A stretch of DNA of 64,000 bases from the NCBI GenBank assembly GCA_964016885.1, contig OZ024741.1, positions 236,840,001 through 236,904,000 of the forward strand, given 5' to 3'. A model generated the notes under the pieces. The model had not been told where the DNA came from. It ran no database searches and was given only the letters and a program-made list of their open reading frames with translations. Positions 42,896 through 53,511 of this stretch are shown here, in pieces. Source of the DNA: Eledone cirrhosa (taxonomy: Eukaryota). The translations under genes and the position numbers were made by a program. Within the stretch, counting starts at the first letter, position 1, and each line of letters starts with the position of its first letter.

Positions 42896-44853
42896 ATGAC
42901 CTTACTCAGAATAGGCAGCATAAATGCGCGTGGCTGGGGGTCGTCATGGAAGCAGGGCCACCTGCTCAACGACCTCAGGTCACTAAACATAGATGTAGTG
43001 GCCATCAGCGAGACCAGAATCTCCGAAGCACGGGCCTTCGCACCGATCTTCGGCGGCTACGATGTGTACGCATCTCCCAGCCGTCCTGGATCGGGAGGAG
43101 GAGTTGCTGTGCTTTTTCGGAGAGGTTTGGATCTCGCCATACGGGCCATCTTCCTGGACCCAAAGGGTAAGTTGGTGGTGCTGGACGTGACCAGCGGAGA
43201 CGGGAAAGCTTTCAGGCTAGTGGCCGTCTATGCCCCGACAGGAGCTGGGCGGCCTAATATCTTCCGGCGTCTGGAGACCTTTCTTGGAACGTCCCGCTCT
43301 TTAGTGTTAGTGGGCGACTGGAACGGGATCTTAGATGCACGCTGGAACTGTGTGGCATTAGCGGATAGGGGAGGAGGGTGCAAGAGCCTCACCAACCTGC
43401 TCAGGCGTTTTGAACTGTCTGACAGGTACCGATTGGATTTCCCGAATGTGCCAATGTGGACTTGGACAAATCGCATAGGGTCATCCAGATCATATCTAAA
43501 TAGAGTATTTTGTAGGGAAATAGATATGTCTAGCATAGGCTGTCCACAATTCAAGATAGTCAGCTACACGGACCACAAATTCGTGATCTGTGTGCTTGAC
43601 TTAGATAGGCTTCATAGACGAGGATCCGGCTACTGGAAGCTAAACGGGTCCTTACCAGCGCGCAAGGCCTACAGAGACCGGATTAGCGAACTAGTTAAGC
43701 AGGCGTTGACGGGGGCCATCGTCAACAACAAGTGGTGGTTTGCTCTGAAAAGAGCGATTAGAATAGAGTCCATTAGGTTTAGTAAGGCTTTAGCAATAGA
43801 GAAAAATAGAGCAGAGGGAGAACTAGTTAGAAAATTAGACGAGGCGCTTAGCAAAGGCATCGCGACCGACGTACTTGCGGCGAAATTGGCCCTTGACCAA
43901 TTCTTCAATGCAAAGCACGAAGGCTGCGTTGTCAGAGCTAGGGTGCGTGCTCTCAGACACGAAGGGACGAAAGCCGTTCAATGGGCCCGAGTGGCGGAGG
44001 CGCGTCGTGGCAACAAGGCCACGATCCGGTCTTTGGTGGACCACGACGGGCGTATGCTACTCGATCCCGGGAAAATGTGAAGCTTTTCAGCGACACTTCG
44101 CACAGCTGTTCGGGGGCAGCGGCGGACCGGATCGAGGGATGGACTTCAGTGTCTACCTCGACGGACTGCCGCTCACAGCCCTCGACCAATCGAGCAATGT
44201 GATCGGTGGAAACTCCACCTTGGCGTTCTATAGAGAATTAGTGGAGGGGAAGAGCGACGACGTACTTGGGGAAACTCTAGGCGTCGACGAAAATCAACTA
44301 GCCAATCTCTTCGGAAGAACTTTCGAGCCGGGGCCTATGGACAACTTCCAGAAATCCCTGGCCTGGCAGTGCTACCGAGGAGCTTTGCCAGTTCGGGATA
44401 AACTCTACAGGCATGGAGGTGCTGTCAGCCGGGAATGTCCGAGATGCGCGCAGGGCGACGAAACCGTCCTGCACGCACTCGTCCAGTGTCCGAGCATTGC
44501 TGACTTGTGGGTTTATGTCGAACACCTGCTGTCGCGTGTAAGACGGATCCAGCTATCAGCTGAGTCCATCGTGAGGATTCCCCCCCCCCCTCTTCCTTTA
44601 GCCGGGAAGGGCAGGCAGTTTTTATCTGTCTGGTGGCCATGGCGAAAGAGATAGTATGGTGGACACGTTTGAAAGGGCTGAAGACGAGAATTTACCTCTT
44701 CGGTGATGTCCTGATTAATTTTTTCAAATTTCATTTGAAAAAGAAAATCAGGGTAGAGAGGGAAGTGCTCTCTTCCCAGCATTTTGTTGAAAGATGAGTA
44801 AGAGAGGCAAGAATGGCCCGAGTGAATGGGCCTACTCTGAGTATGTGTCTGTA
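42896..44853 (+). pseudogene. Tx1 ORF2 remnant: APE endonuclease fused to C-terminal zinc-finger region, RT deleted
   Basis: SINARG, SETR, GGGVAVL, VYAP, GDWN, YLNR and TDH, then a frameshift near 44078, junction DGLP|LTALDQ at about 44171, and a further frameshift in poly-C at 44580. Confidence 0.92.
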
Positions 44854-45335
44854 AATTAAAAGTGGAAAACTGGGAGAGGGCACTTGCCCTGGTGGTCAGG
44901 GTCACAGTGGGTTTTTAATGGGCTTTCTCCACGAATGTCCCTCGGAAGTCTCCCCCCTATTGGGGAATTTTTTCATTGTTCTATTATTACATCCTCTGTT
45001 TTTTGTTTTTTTACACGCAGAAATGCCCTTTTGTACCGTCCTGTATTGTCCTGAATGTCTACTTTGTGTAAACCCTTGTGGTTAATAAAGAAAGCATTAT
45101 TATTATTATTATTATTATTATTTTCATTATTATTTAAATAATTATTTCTTTATTGGCCACAAGGGCTTAATGATTATGGATAATAATTAATAAATGATAA
45201 TACAAGAATAAGAAAAACGAGTCAACTTAAACGTTAGATATTTTCTCGTAGTTAGTCATTGAATGGGATAGTTGGGTGAATGCATATACAGAGAAAGAAA
45301 GAAGGATATATCAGCAAATAGATATGTAGATAGAA

Positions 45336-45336
<1 letters not shown>

Positions 45337-45386
<50 letters not shown>

Positions 45387-45397
45387 TAGATAGATAA

Positions 45398-45458
<61 letters not shown>

Positions 45459-45465
45459 GAGAGAG
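45337..45465. repeat. (GACA)n(GATA)n microsatellite
   Basis: Read directly. Confidence 0.97.
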
Positions 45466-45929
45466 ATTAAATAGAGAGATGGAATAGATTACTATGATGA
45501 CAAATAGATAATTAGACAGATACGTAGTTTTAAGTTGGCAATACGATATTTTATAGGCGAATGGAAATAATTATATATTTGTTTGAAGGTGGAACATAAA
45601 AATAAACAAATATATTTCGTTATACTTTGACTCATCATCATTAACACCATTATAACCACCACTACTATCATCATCATCCCCATCATTATTAACATCAATA
45701 TAATCACCGCCGCCGCCATCACCACCATCACCATCATAATCATGACGTTAGCTCTCCCCTCTAGCTCAAGTCCATTTTCAACGAAATATGCTGATATGAG
45801 GCTACTTTATCTTGATACAAAGTCTAGTAAAATGTTTTAATAATATAACCCGAAGAATTGTGTGTATTATATTTATGTGTGTGCATACACACACACACAC
45901 ACATATCATACATATACACCCACTTAATA

Positions 45930-46405
45930 CTTGTAAGGCCCCTGTTCAGCCCAAATAAAATACATCTATGATAAAAGACATTCCATCCATAATCATCCCG
46001 TCTTTCTTCCAGTTTATTTAATGCCTCCTTCCATTTTTAGATAGTAAGATGAGATTTAAGGGATATTTAGCTACCGTGTCTAGCAAGTCGAACGGCTGTG
46101 TGAGGCTCCTCCCTTGTTGGCTCCTATACATGTGAGTAGAACGAGAACGTAAACATTTATATGAAATGAGTAATAGCAATTAACTCGTTTGAAAATAACC
46201 ATTGTAAATATTGTTGTGACGGAGTTGTTATTTGGCCCCATGTCAGCTCTAATCTAGTAGGCATATGATCAAAGCTTTTCCTGTCGTGACTCTCCCGCCT
46301 TTTCAGAAATAGTTCATTTCAGACTACAATATGTCCTTCCCTTTTTTAAGGCGGTGGGGGTATGTTTAGAAAAGGATTTTGTAGCTATTTCTAACAAGTT
46401 GGACG
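45930..46405 (+). mobile_element. Two copies of a ~190-bp dispersed repeat (other copies near 48500-48690, 48700-48860, 50020-50210 and on the minus strand at 58140-58270)
   Basis: Shared motifs TATGATCAAAG..TTCCAG.C.TGACCATCCC and GTGTGATTT..G..GA..TT.GC.G.TATTTCTAGCA.GT. Confidence 0.7.
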
Positions 46406-46859
46406 AGAAAAAGTCGTTTGCGATTTCTTAAAAGAAAATTCATACCCATCTATTTGATTTCAAAAAGGAATGAATGAAAAAGAAAAAGAAAGAAACAATT
46501 AAACCTCGGTCGTGCTCGAACTCAGCACGATGAATTTACTTTCCACTTGGCTGCACTACTAAATTGTGATGAGTCAATTGCCAAAGGATAGATGGGGAGG
46601 GCATATAAACAAAGGGGAGGTAAACCATGCCGTCTAAATATTTAGCACAGTTTTCACAGATTTCGTTTAAACAAATAAAAAGCAGTGTTGACTCGGAAAT
46701 GAAAACAAGAAGGCAACATTAATAATAATTGAGTTTTAGAATGTGTGATTAATTTAGAGTATGGTAGCAATTAAAAAAAAACATGTTAACGAGAAATTAC
46801 GATTTATATCAACATACAATTAAGTAAAAGGCATTAAAAAAAACAGTGCTTTTATCAAA

Positions 46860-46993
46860 GTAGGGACTAGTGACTTTACGACACCGCCTTCATTGTCCCG
46901 CGGTCGAAAAAAAATTCTGTGCCTGAAGGTTTGTTTCCAAAAACATTCTCAATTGGTTCCGATTTGCTGGGCTCACACATTGAAAGGTAAGTG
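46860..46993 (+). other. Candidate first exon ending at a consensus splice donor
   Basis: CpG-containing unique stretch ending GAAAG|GTAAGT at 46987/46988. No other support. Confidence 0.25.
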
Positions 46994-47689
46994 TTATGCA
47001 TATTGTAGGATGTAGAAAAGTGCAGCAATAATTGTGCAAGGGACATCTAGATATTCTACCAACATTACTAGAATGTTTTTTCTTTTTTTATTTTTGGTAT
47101 ATGTGTGATATGGAGGGGATACTTGACCCCCCTCCAAATCTGGATTGTCTTATTTGTATTTTGAGATTACTATTTTCTTCAATGTTCTCCATTTTTTACT
47201 GTAGTTGCCATCCCCTCCTCCCCCCTTTTTAGATATTACCCTCATATAACACTCCCTCCCCCTTTCCTTCATACATTCATACATACACACCCACACTCCT
47301 CTCATGCATTATCGCACATTACATACATATATGTATATATATATATATGTGTATGTATATATATACACACAGACTCATTTACATACACACCCTCACTTTT
47401 ACACGCACACACACATACCATACTCAGTACCCCCTCTCCCCCTGTATTATCTACTCTACCAAGTCTCATTTCATGTCTTGCTGTGTCGTCTTATTAAATC
47501 TTAAGTCTTCTACGCATATATATATCCTCCTGTTGTATATATTTCAATATTTAGATTATCTTTATATCCGAATATAGATTTTTACTTCAAAACATTGGAA
47601 AACCCTCTTCATGATACACACAAACACACACACGCTCTCTCTCTATATATATATATAGAGAGAGAGAGAGCGAGAGGGGGGGGGGGAGA

Positions 47690-47850
47690 TACGGCCCACA
47701 AATTTTTAACGAAATTAAATCAATCGGCCTAGAACTGAACTCGGGGAAAGTAGGACTCACTTTTATACACGTATTTAAAATAAACTAGTAAACATGGGCA
47801 TAGGAAAATGCATGAACCTCACGGAATCACTGTCGCCCCCCCCCCCTTAA
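47690..47850 (-). mobile_element. Possible DNA-transposon end (TTAA followed by G-rich terminus, Kolobok-like)
   Basis: Minus strand begins TTAAGGGGGGGGGGGCGACAGTG. No partner terminus found. Confidence 0.25.
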
Positions 47851-49059
47851 TAACTATGTTATTAATCATCGTATCTATTGTTTGTATTGTTATAGGGAGG
47901 TGGTGGTAAGGAAGGTAGCTATCTCTTTTGAAGTGAGGAGAGGGAGGGTAGCTAACATAGAAGGTCGGCGGAGATGGGGAGAAAGAGACGGAGGAGGCGG
48001 GTTGTCGTTTCAGAAGATGAAGCAAGGGGAGAGGGGGAAGGAATATCAAACAAGATGATTGTGGTGGTGGTGGTTGGAGAAGTTAACTATCAAATATGAA
48101 GTAGGGAAGTGGGAGGTGGGAAGGAAAAAGGAATTATCTCACTGGAAGTTGGTGGTAGTGGTGGGAGCTATATCACTTTAGAAGGTGGTAGTGAGGGAGG
48201 TGGGAAGTGGTAGCTTAACTGATCGTAGTGTTTGTGCCGTAAGTCAATGCACCTTACTCCACTCCACCCAACCCTCACTCACGTTTGAGTGCCTCTTCTC
48301 CGTAAGGCTGAAAACTATCAAGATTCGAACTGTTATTATAGTTTTCTCTTCCCCTGTTATGGAGATCGATAATACCAGTTATGTACTGAGGTCGATCAGT
48401 CATCGGTAATTTTGTACTAATGTCAGGATTCTTTTTCTTTCTCAGCAAGACGGTTGAGACGATGGAGTGTCTGATTTGTAGTAATGTCTAAGTGTTGATG
48501 AGCCTCTTTAGTTCAACACTGATCCAACAAAAAGACATATGATCAAAAGCCTTCCAGTCGTTACCATCCAGTCATTTTTTTTTTAATACTTTGAACTACT
48601 TTGTTCAAAATAATATTTATTTAATACGGTAAGATGTGATTTCAACATTTAGCTGCTATTTCTAGCATTTTGAGCGACTGCATTCCCTTGTAGTGTTTGC
48701 GTGTTGTTGTTTAACCCCGGGACGGCCTTGATTGAGCATCCAGCTGTCACACCCCGTTTTCTTTTTGCTTTTTGTTTTTTTATTATCCAATGTGTTCTTT
48801 TTTTTTTAAGATGTTAGGGTTTGGTTTGGGACAGAGCATGTAGAAGCTCCCTCATATAGCGTCAGTGTCGCTCGCCATTGATCCTTAAACTAAACACTAA
48901 TTATTTACTGGGGGAATGTTGGATGTCGATACAAAAGAAGTGAACTTCAAACCTAGTGGGATAAAAGTACTAAAAGACAAAAAGTACGTGGTTCCACTGC
49001 TTTCATCACTATCTACCACCGCCTTTGTAACAACACTTAAGATAATTTATAGTATTGCC

Positions 49060-49610
49060 ACTTGTTTTTGCCTGGCCTCACTGCTTGAATGGTACTTTAT
49101 TTTATCGACCCCGGAAGGCTGAAAAGCAACTTTGACCTCAAAAGGTAAAGTGCACTAACTCAAACGTTTCTTCCAATCCAACAACAACGATAATCATAAT
49201 TGTTTCTACTTTTTGCTTAAGCCCAGAAATTTGAAAGGAAGGGGGAAATCGATTATATCGAAGGATGAAAGGCAAAGCTAACATCGGCGGAATTTGAACT
49301 TAGAACGTAAAGGGTCATAACTATATGCTACAAAGCATATTGTCCGGTGCCCTACCGTTAATGCCAATCCACTGTCAAAAATAATTCTTTCTAACATTGG
49401 CACAGTGACCAGCAATTTTTTAGGCAAGAGAAAATCGATTATATCGACCCCGAAAAGAAGAAAGACAAAGTTGACCTCGGAGGAACTTGGTCTTAGAATT
49501 TAAAGGGCCGTTAACTAAAATGCCGCAAAGCATTTTATCCGACGTCTACCGATAGTGCCAATCCGCTATCAATAGGGGGAAGGGGGAACAGTTGATTATA
49601 TCGGCCCTTA
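49060..49610 (-). mobile_element. Cluster of three to four tandem tRNA-derived SINE copies (GCCTTTCATCCTTTCGGGGTCGATAA family)
   Basis: Repeated TTATCGACCCC..AAGG.TGAAAGGCAAAG...GGAATTTGAACT motifs. Confidence 0.8.
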
Positions 49611-49621
49611 TCCGACGAAGT

Positions 49622-49820
49622 GAAGGCGTGTGGCTGAGTGGTTAGAGAATTGGATTCACAATCTTGAGGTTGTGAGTTCAATTCCTGGACCGGGCGATGC
49701 GTTGTGCAAGACACTTTATTTCACGTTGTTCCTTCTACCTGGAGTTGCGACCGATAGATAGTATTAGCAACTGGAAAGACCAATGGAAATATTGTTTCCT
49801 CGGTCCGATTTGACGAAAGT
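49622..49820 (+). mobile_element. CORE-type tRNA SINE
   Basis: A box TGGCTGAGTGG, B box GAGTTCAATTCC, GCAAGACACTTTATTTCACGTTG. Confidence 0.85.
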
Positions 49821-50449
49821 CGATCGATCCTTTTTTATCCGACGAAAAAAAAAAAAAAAATTAAGACGTTTATGGTGGTGGTGGTGATTTGCTTACACCA
49901 ACAACAGTCGATTATTTTTCTATTAGTTCATCGGAGGGTCAGCGCCTATGACCCCTAAAGCCCCCACCCCGTCGCTTATCTTCAGTACCTTTGCTGAAGT
50001 TTCACACAAGACCTCGTGTTCTTTAGCCCTGACCGAGCAGACCAATAATCAGAATCATTCCAACCATGACCATCCCACATTATTTCCTATGTGCACTGAG
50101 CTCAAGGCCACTATCCAACGTGTCCCTTTTTCATAATGCAGGGTGTGTGATTTGGAGGAAGTTTGGCCGTTATTTCTTGCAGGTCTAGCGACCACGTATA
50201 AATTCCTGTATCTGTATTGAATCCTCGTTCTTTATCCTATCCATAAAAGTATGAAAAGGAAAAGGTGAACCTGGCAATATTTAAAGATTTAACTTGAATT
50301 TTTTTCCTTGTAACTTTTTTGGGGGAAGGGGGCTATTATTATAGAACATCCCTATCGATTTCAGTGGGAAATGATTATTTTTGCTCTCTTTTTGTGCTAT
50401 CAACTAAACTTTACTCCGAATATGCTTCAAAAGACTTTTTCTCGGGGGG

Positions 50450-50710
50450 GGGGGGGGTCAAGGAGGGAGACAAGTCCGAGGGTCCGCCTTCCCTCTCCGT
50501 TTTCCGAGGGAAAATGTCCTATGCAGCATGTTCGAAGGTAAGATTAGTTACTAACACGAAAAAAACCGAGAGGGGGAATTGTAAAGAAAACTCCGGGGGA
50601 AGTGGGGGAGTTAGAGTCCCCCTCCCCCTCTCCGTTTTCCAATTGGGAAAATCATTTACAGTATATTCGGAGTTAAGTTTAGTTGATGATACACGAAAAA
50701 CAGGACAAGT
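50450..50710. repeat. Degenerate ~135-bp direct duplication
   Basis: CCCTCTCCGTTTTCC...GGGAAAAT...TAAG.TTAGTT...ACACGAAAAA occurs twice. Confidence 0.7.
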
Positions 50711-50894
50711 AATTATTTCCCAAAGAAATCGATGGGAGTGTTCTATAAATTTACCCTCTTTTTAGGTCTTATTGTTTATTTAATTTATTTTTGTTAAAAT
50801 GGACTTTCAATTTCTATGAACATAAGAGATTCGGAATCTGCAAAAAAAAATTTTTTTTCTTTTCCTTTTAATAAAAATTTATTATAATTTCGAA

Positions 50895-51115
50895 AGGCTG
50901 TAAATTGGCAGTATATTTAGAGCGTCGAACAAATGCTTTGCAATATTTGTTACAGTTCTTTACGTTCTGAGTTCGATTTCAACTGAGGTCAACTTTGCCT
51001 TTTATCCTTTTGAGGACGATAAAATAAAATACCAGTAAAGTACTGAGGTCGATATAATCGACTTTCCACTGGTCCAAAATTGCAAGCCTTTCGCCTAAAT
51101 TTGAAACAATTCTTA
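50895..51115 (+). mobile_element. tRNA-derived SINE (GCCTTT.ATCCTTT family)
   Basis: GAGTTCGATTTC..GAGGTCAACTTTGCCTTTTATCCTTTTGAGGACGATAAAATAAAATACCAG. Confidence 0.8.
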
Positions 51116-51237
51116 TTCTAAAAGCACAATAGATGGACACTGGTTCCAAGAAATATTCACGAATTGTTAGTATGAAAGGATATAATCCAAAAATTTCATA
51201 TCTTCATTATGGAAATGATGAAACTTAAAAAAAACAA

Positions 51238-51458
51238 GACGCTGGCCAGGCAAAAACGAAACTGCTTTGGAAAAAAAAAAGTGCGCTAGTCAAGTTAATA
51301 GTGATACATTTCGTATATGAAACTATATTCGATAAATAGGAATCGAATATAGTTTCATTATCAAATATCTGCTGTTTCAATATGAAATGTATCACTATTA
51401 ACTTGACTAGCGCACTTTTTTTTTCCAAAGCAGTTTCGTTTTTGCTTGGCCAGCGTCC
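51238..51458. mobile_element. MITE or fold-back element with ~85-bp inverted arms
   Basis: GACGCTGGCCA...GATACATTTC.TAT.TGAAAC pairs with GTTTCAATATGAAATGTATC...TGGCCAGCGTC. Confidence 0.88.
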
Positions 51459-51599
51459 TAATTGTAATGTGTGCCAAAGAGAAAAATGATGGCGATATTT
51501 GGTTTTTAATAAGGGTTTTTTTTTTTTTTTTATTAATTATTTTTCTTCATCAATGAAGTTATTTATTCGATTGTGTCTCTGATAACTTTCCATACTTAC

Positions 51600-51652
51600 A
51601 AATCATGAAAGTCAGTTTTGGAGGAATTAGTGTTCGTAGAGTTTTACCATAC
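51600..51652 (-). other. Candidate 53-nt internal exon
   Basis: Minus strand has acceptor TTTCTGTTTGTTTTAAAACAG and donor GTAAGTAT. One open frame, YGKTLRTLIPPKLTFMI, which I do not recognise. Confidence 0.4.
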
Positions 51653-51837
51653 CTGTTTTAAAACAAACAGAAACGGAATAAACACGTTTATTAACAAACA
51701 TGAGATTTATCATATCTAAATTTATATCTTGGTAAGTCTTGTGAAAGAGGAAATTTCTAGATTCAAATTATAAACGTTTTATTAGTATATTTTTTACCGA
51801 AGTGATAAACACTCTTTTTACTTGGATAGATACATAA

Positions 51838-52084
51838 TCATCATCATCATTTAATGTCCATTTTTCGAAGCTAGCATGGGTTAGACGAGTTGTTCCGTTG
51901 TGGGACAAGTCAAATCAGGTGACCATGTCTTGCTCATACAGAACTGGTTCTGGCTTGGTTTCTACAACTGGATTCCCTTCCTAACGCCAACCACATTTAC
52001 TGGGTGCTTTTTGCTGACACCTACATAACCACTTTACAGTGTGGGCTGGGTGCTTTTTGCTGTGACACCTACACAACCACTTTA
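51838..52084 (-). mobile_element. Non-autonomous element with RTE-type 3' end and (GAT)n tail (further copies near 53155-53290, 53641-53860, 55715-55845, 56790-57140, 60120-60240, 60415-60535, 61850-62005)
   Basis: Shared CTGGATGCCCTTCCTAA.GCCAACCAC and CATCATCATTTAA.GTCCA...GCTAGCATGGGTTAGA. The latter matches the RTE 3' end at 53075-53118. Confidence 0.8.
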
Positions 52085-52164
52085 TGTATATATATATATA
52101 TAAAGTGGTTGTGTAGGTGTCACAGCAAAAAGCACCCAGCCCACACTGTAAAGTGGTCATGTAG
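52021..52164. repeat. Near-perfect palindrome (arms about 60 bp) centred on (TA)n
   Basis: ACCACTTTACAGTGTGGGCTGGGTGCTTTTTGCTGTGACACCTACACAACCACTTTA is mirrored exactly after the TA run. Confidence 0.95.
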
Positions 52165-52403
52165 ATGTATATATATATATAAATATAAATTCAGCGAGAG
52201 CCGCATTTCGGCAGGTAGAAAAAGCGAAACGTAACGCAAATTCCGAGTCATGCTGGCAAGCGCTCCATGGGCTAAAAAAGACCAGAGCAATAAACATAGG
52301 TTATAAAGGCCATACAAACTGAGAAGGCGGTCAAGAAGCCATTCACCACCTAAGCCAAAAAACAAGTCAAGCTAAACAGGTCAGACAAAATAAATGACAT
52401 ATT

Positions 52404-52589
52404 CATATATATATATATATACATATATATATGTGTAACAAACAAATATATATATATATATATATTCAAATATATATATATATATATATATATATACAAA
52501 TATATATATACAAATATATATATACAAATATATATATACACAAATATATATATACACAAATATATATATATATACAACTATATATATAT

Positions 52590-52631
<42 letters not shown>
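52404..52631. repeat. (TA)n / CAAATATATA compound microsatellite
   Basis: Read directly. Confidence 0.95.
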
Positions 52632-52633
<2 letters not shown>

Positions 52634-52757
52634 GATAACAAGTTATCGTTAGAGGTTGTGAGTACTTGAGATAAAGCCCCTTATTGTACAGCCAACCATG
52701 TTACTCTTCATTCTTTCACTATATATATATATATATATACATACATATATATATACA

Positions 52758-53118
52758 AATGAAGCAAGCATGCTCCGTTGGATGTGTAATGTCAATGTGC
52801 GTGAATGACCAAGCATAGACGAGTTGAGACAGAAACTGGGTATAAGAGGGATAAGTTGTGGTGTGCAGGAGAGAAGACTGAGATGGTATGGACATGACAT
52901 GTGATGCGCATGGAGAATGACCGCTGGGTAAAGAAGTGCAAGAAATCCCAGTAGAGGAAGACCACGAAAACATGGCCGGAAGTGGTGAGAGCAGACCTCA
53001 GATTGCTGAAACTCACTGAGGAGATGACGAAGGACTGTGACAAGTGGAGAGAGACTGTGCTGAATAGGACCCGTCCCACCCTTGCAAGCAGCGAAAGGCG
53101 GACGTAAAATGATGATGA
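52758..53118 (+). mobile_element. RTE LINE 3' end with (GAT)n tail
   Basis: NEASMLRWMC, ELRQKLGI, ERRLRWYGH, GRPRKTW.EVVRADL. Confidence 0.9.
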
Positions 53119-53511
53119 TATATATATGTAAAGATACATCTATATATATATAATCATCATCATCTTTACGTCAACTCTTCTGTGTCGGCATTGGGTTGAA
53201 CTGGATTTTTGAAGCAATGTTTTGTAGTTAAATGCCCTTTCTGAGACCAACATTTTTAGTCACTTCTTACGATATACAGGGGTACAGTATATATATATAT
53301 GACACACAATTATGGAGTGTGTCAATGCTGGATGTGTATCAACTATATTTTTTGTTATGGACTTTCATACATAATTATTTGTAACTATCTCATCATGTCT
53401 TACCTGTTGTAGTTGCATAACAGGTGTTACTGAAATGCACATAATAATAAATATAACTAATTATGTAATTACACAAACCAGTCTTAATGTTTATTTGTAT
53501 ATGTGTATAAC

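Larger units (their letters stand above)
40733..45125 (+). mobile_element. Near full-length Tx1/L1 LINE family A with internal deletion of the RT domain
   Basis: 5' UTR, ORF1, ORF2 endonuclease, C-terminal domain, 3' UTR and (ATT)n tail are present. No RT motifs. Flanked by (ATT)n on both sides. Confidence 0.95.

Noticed and set aside
44160-44180. RT loss by splicing (a CAG|GT donor and TTCAG|G acceptor exist in sister copies)
   Set aside because: Splicing would leave CCGCAGGCGCTC, but the observed junction is CCGCTC, which fits microhomology deletion.
51150-51215. Fifth hammerhead on the minus strand (aTGAAGA-TATGAAA/TTTCATA-CTAAC)
   Set aside because: Both core boxes are mutated and stems I and III are not convincing.
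45492-52652. Short ORFs rich in YI, HT, CV or M/V/I, and ORF 50319-50765
   Set aside because: Microsatellite translations or no recognisable domain.
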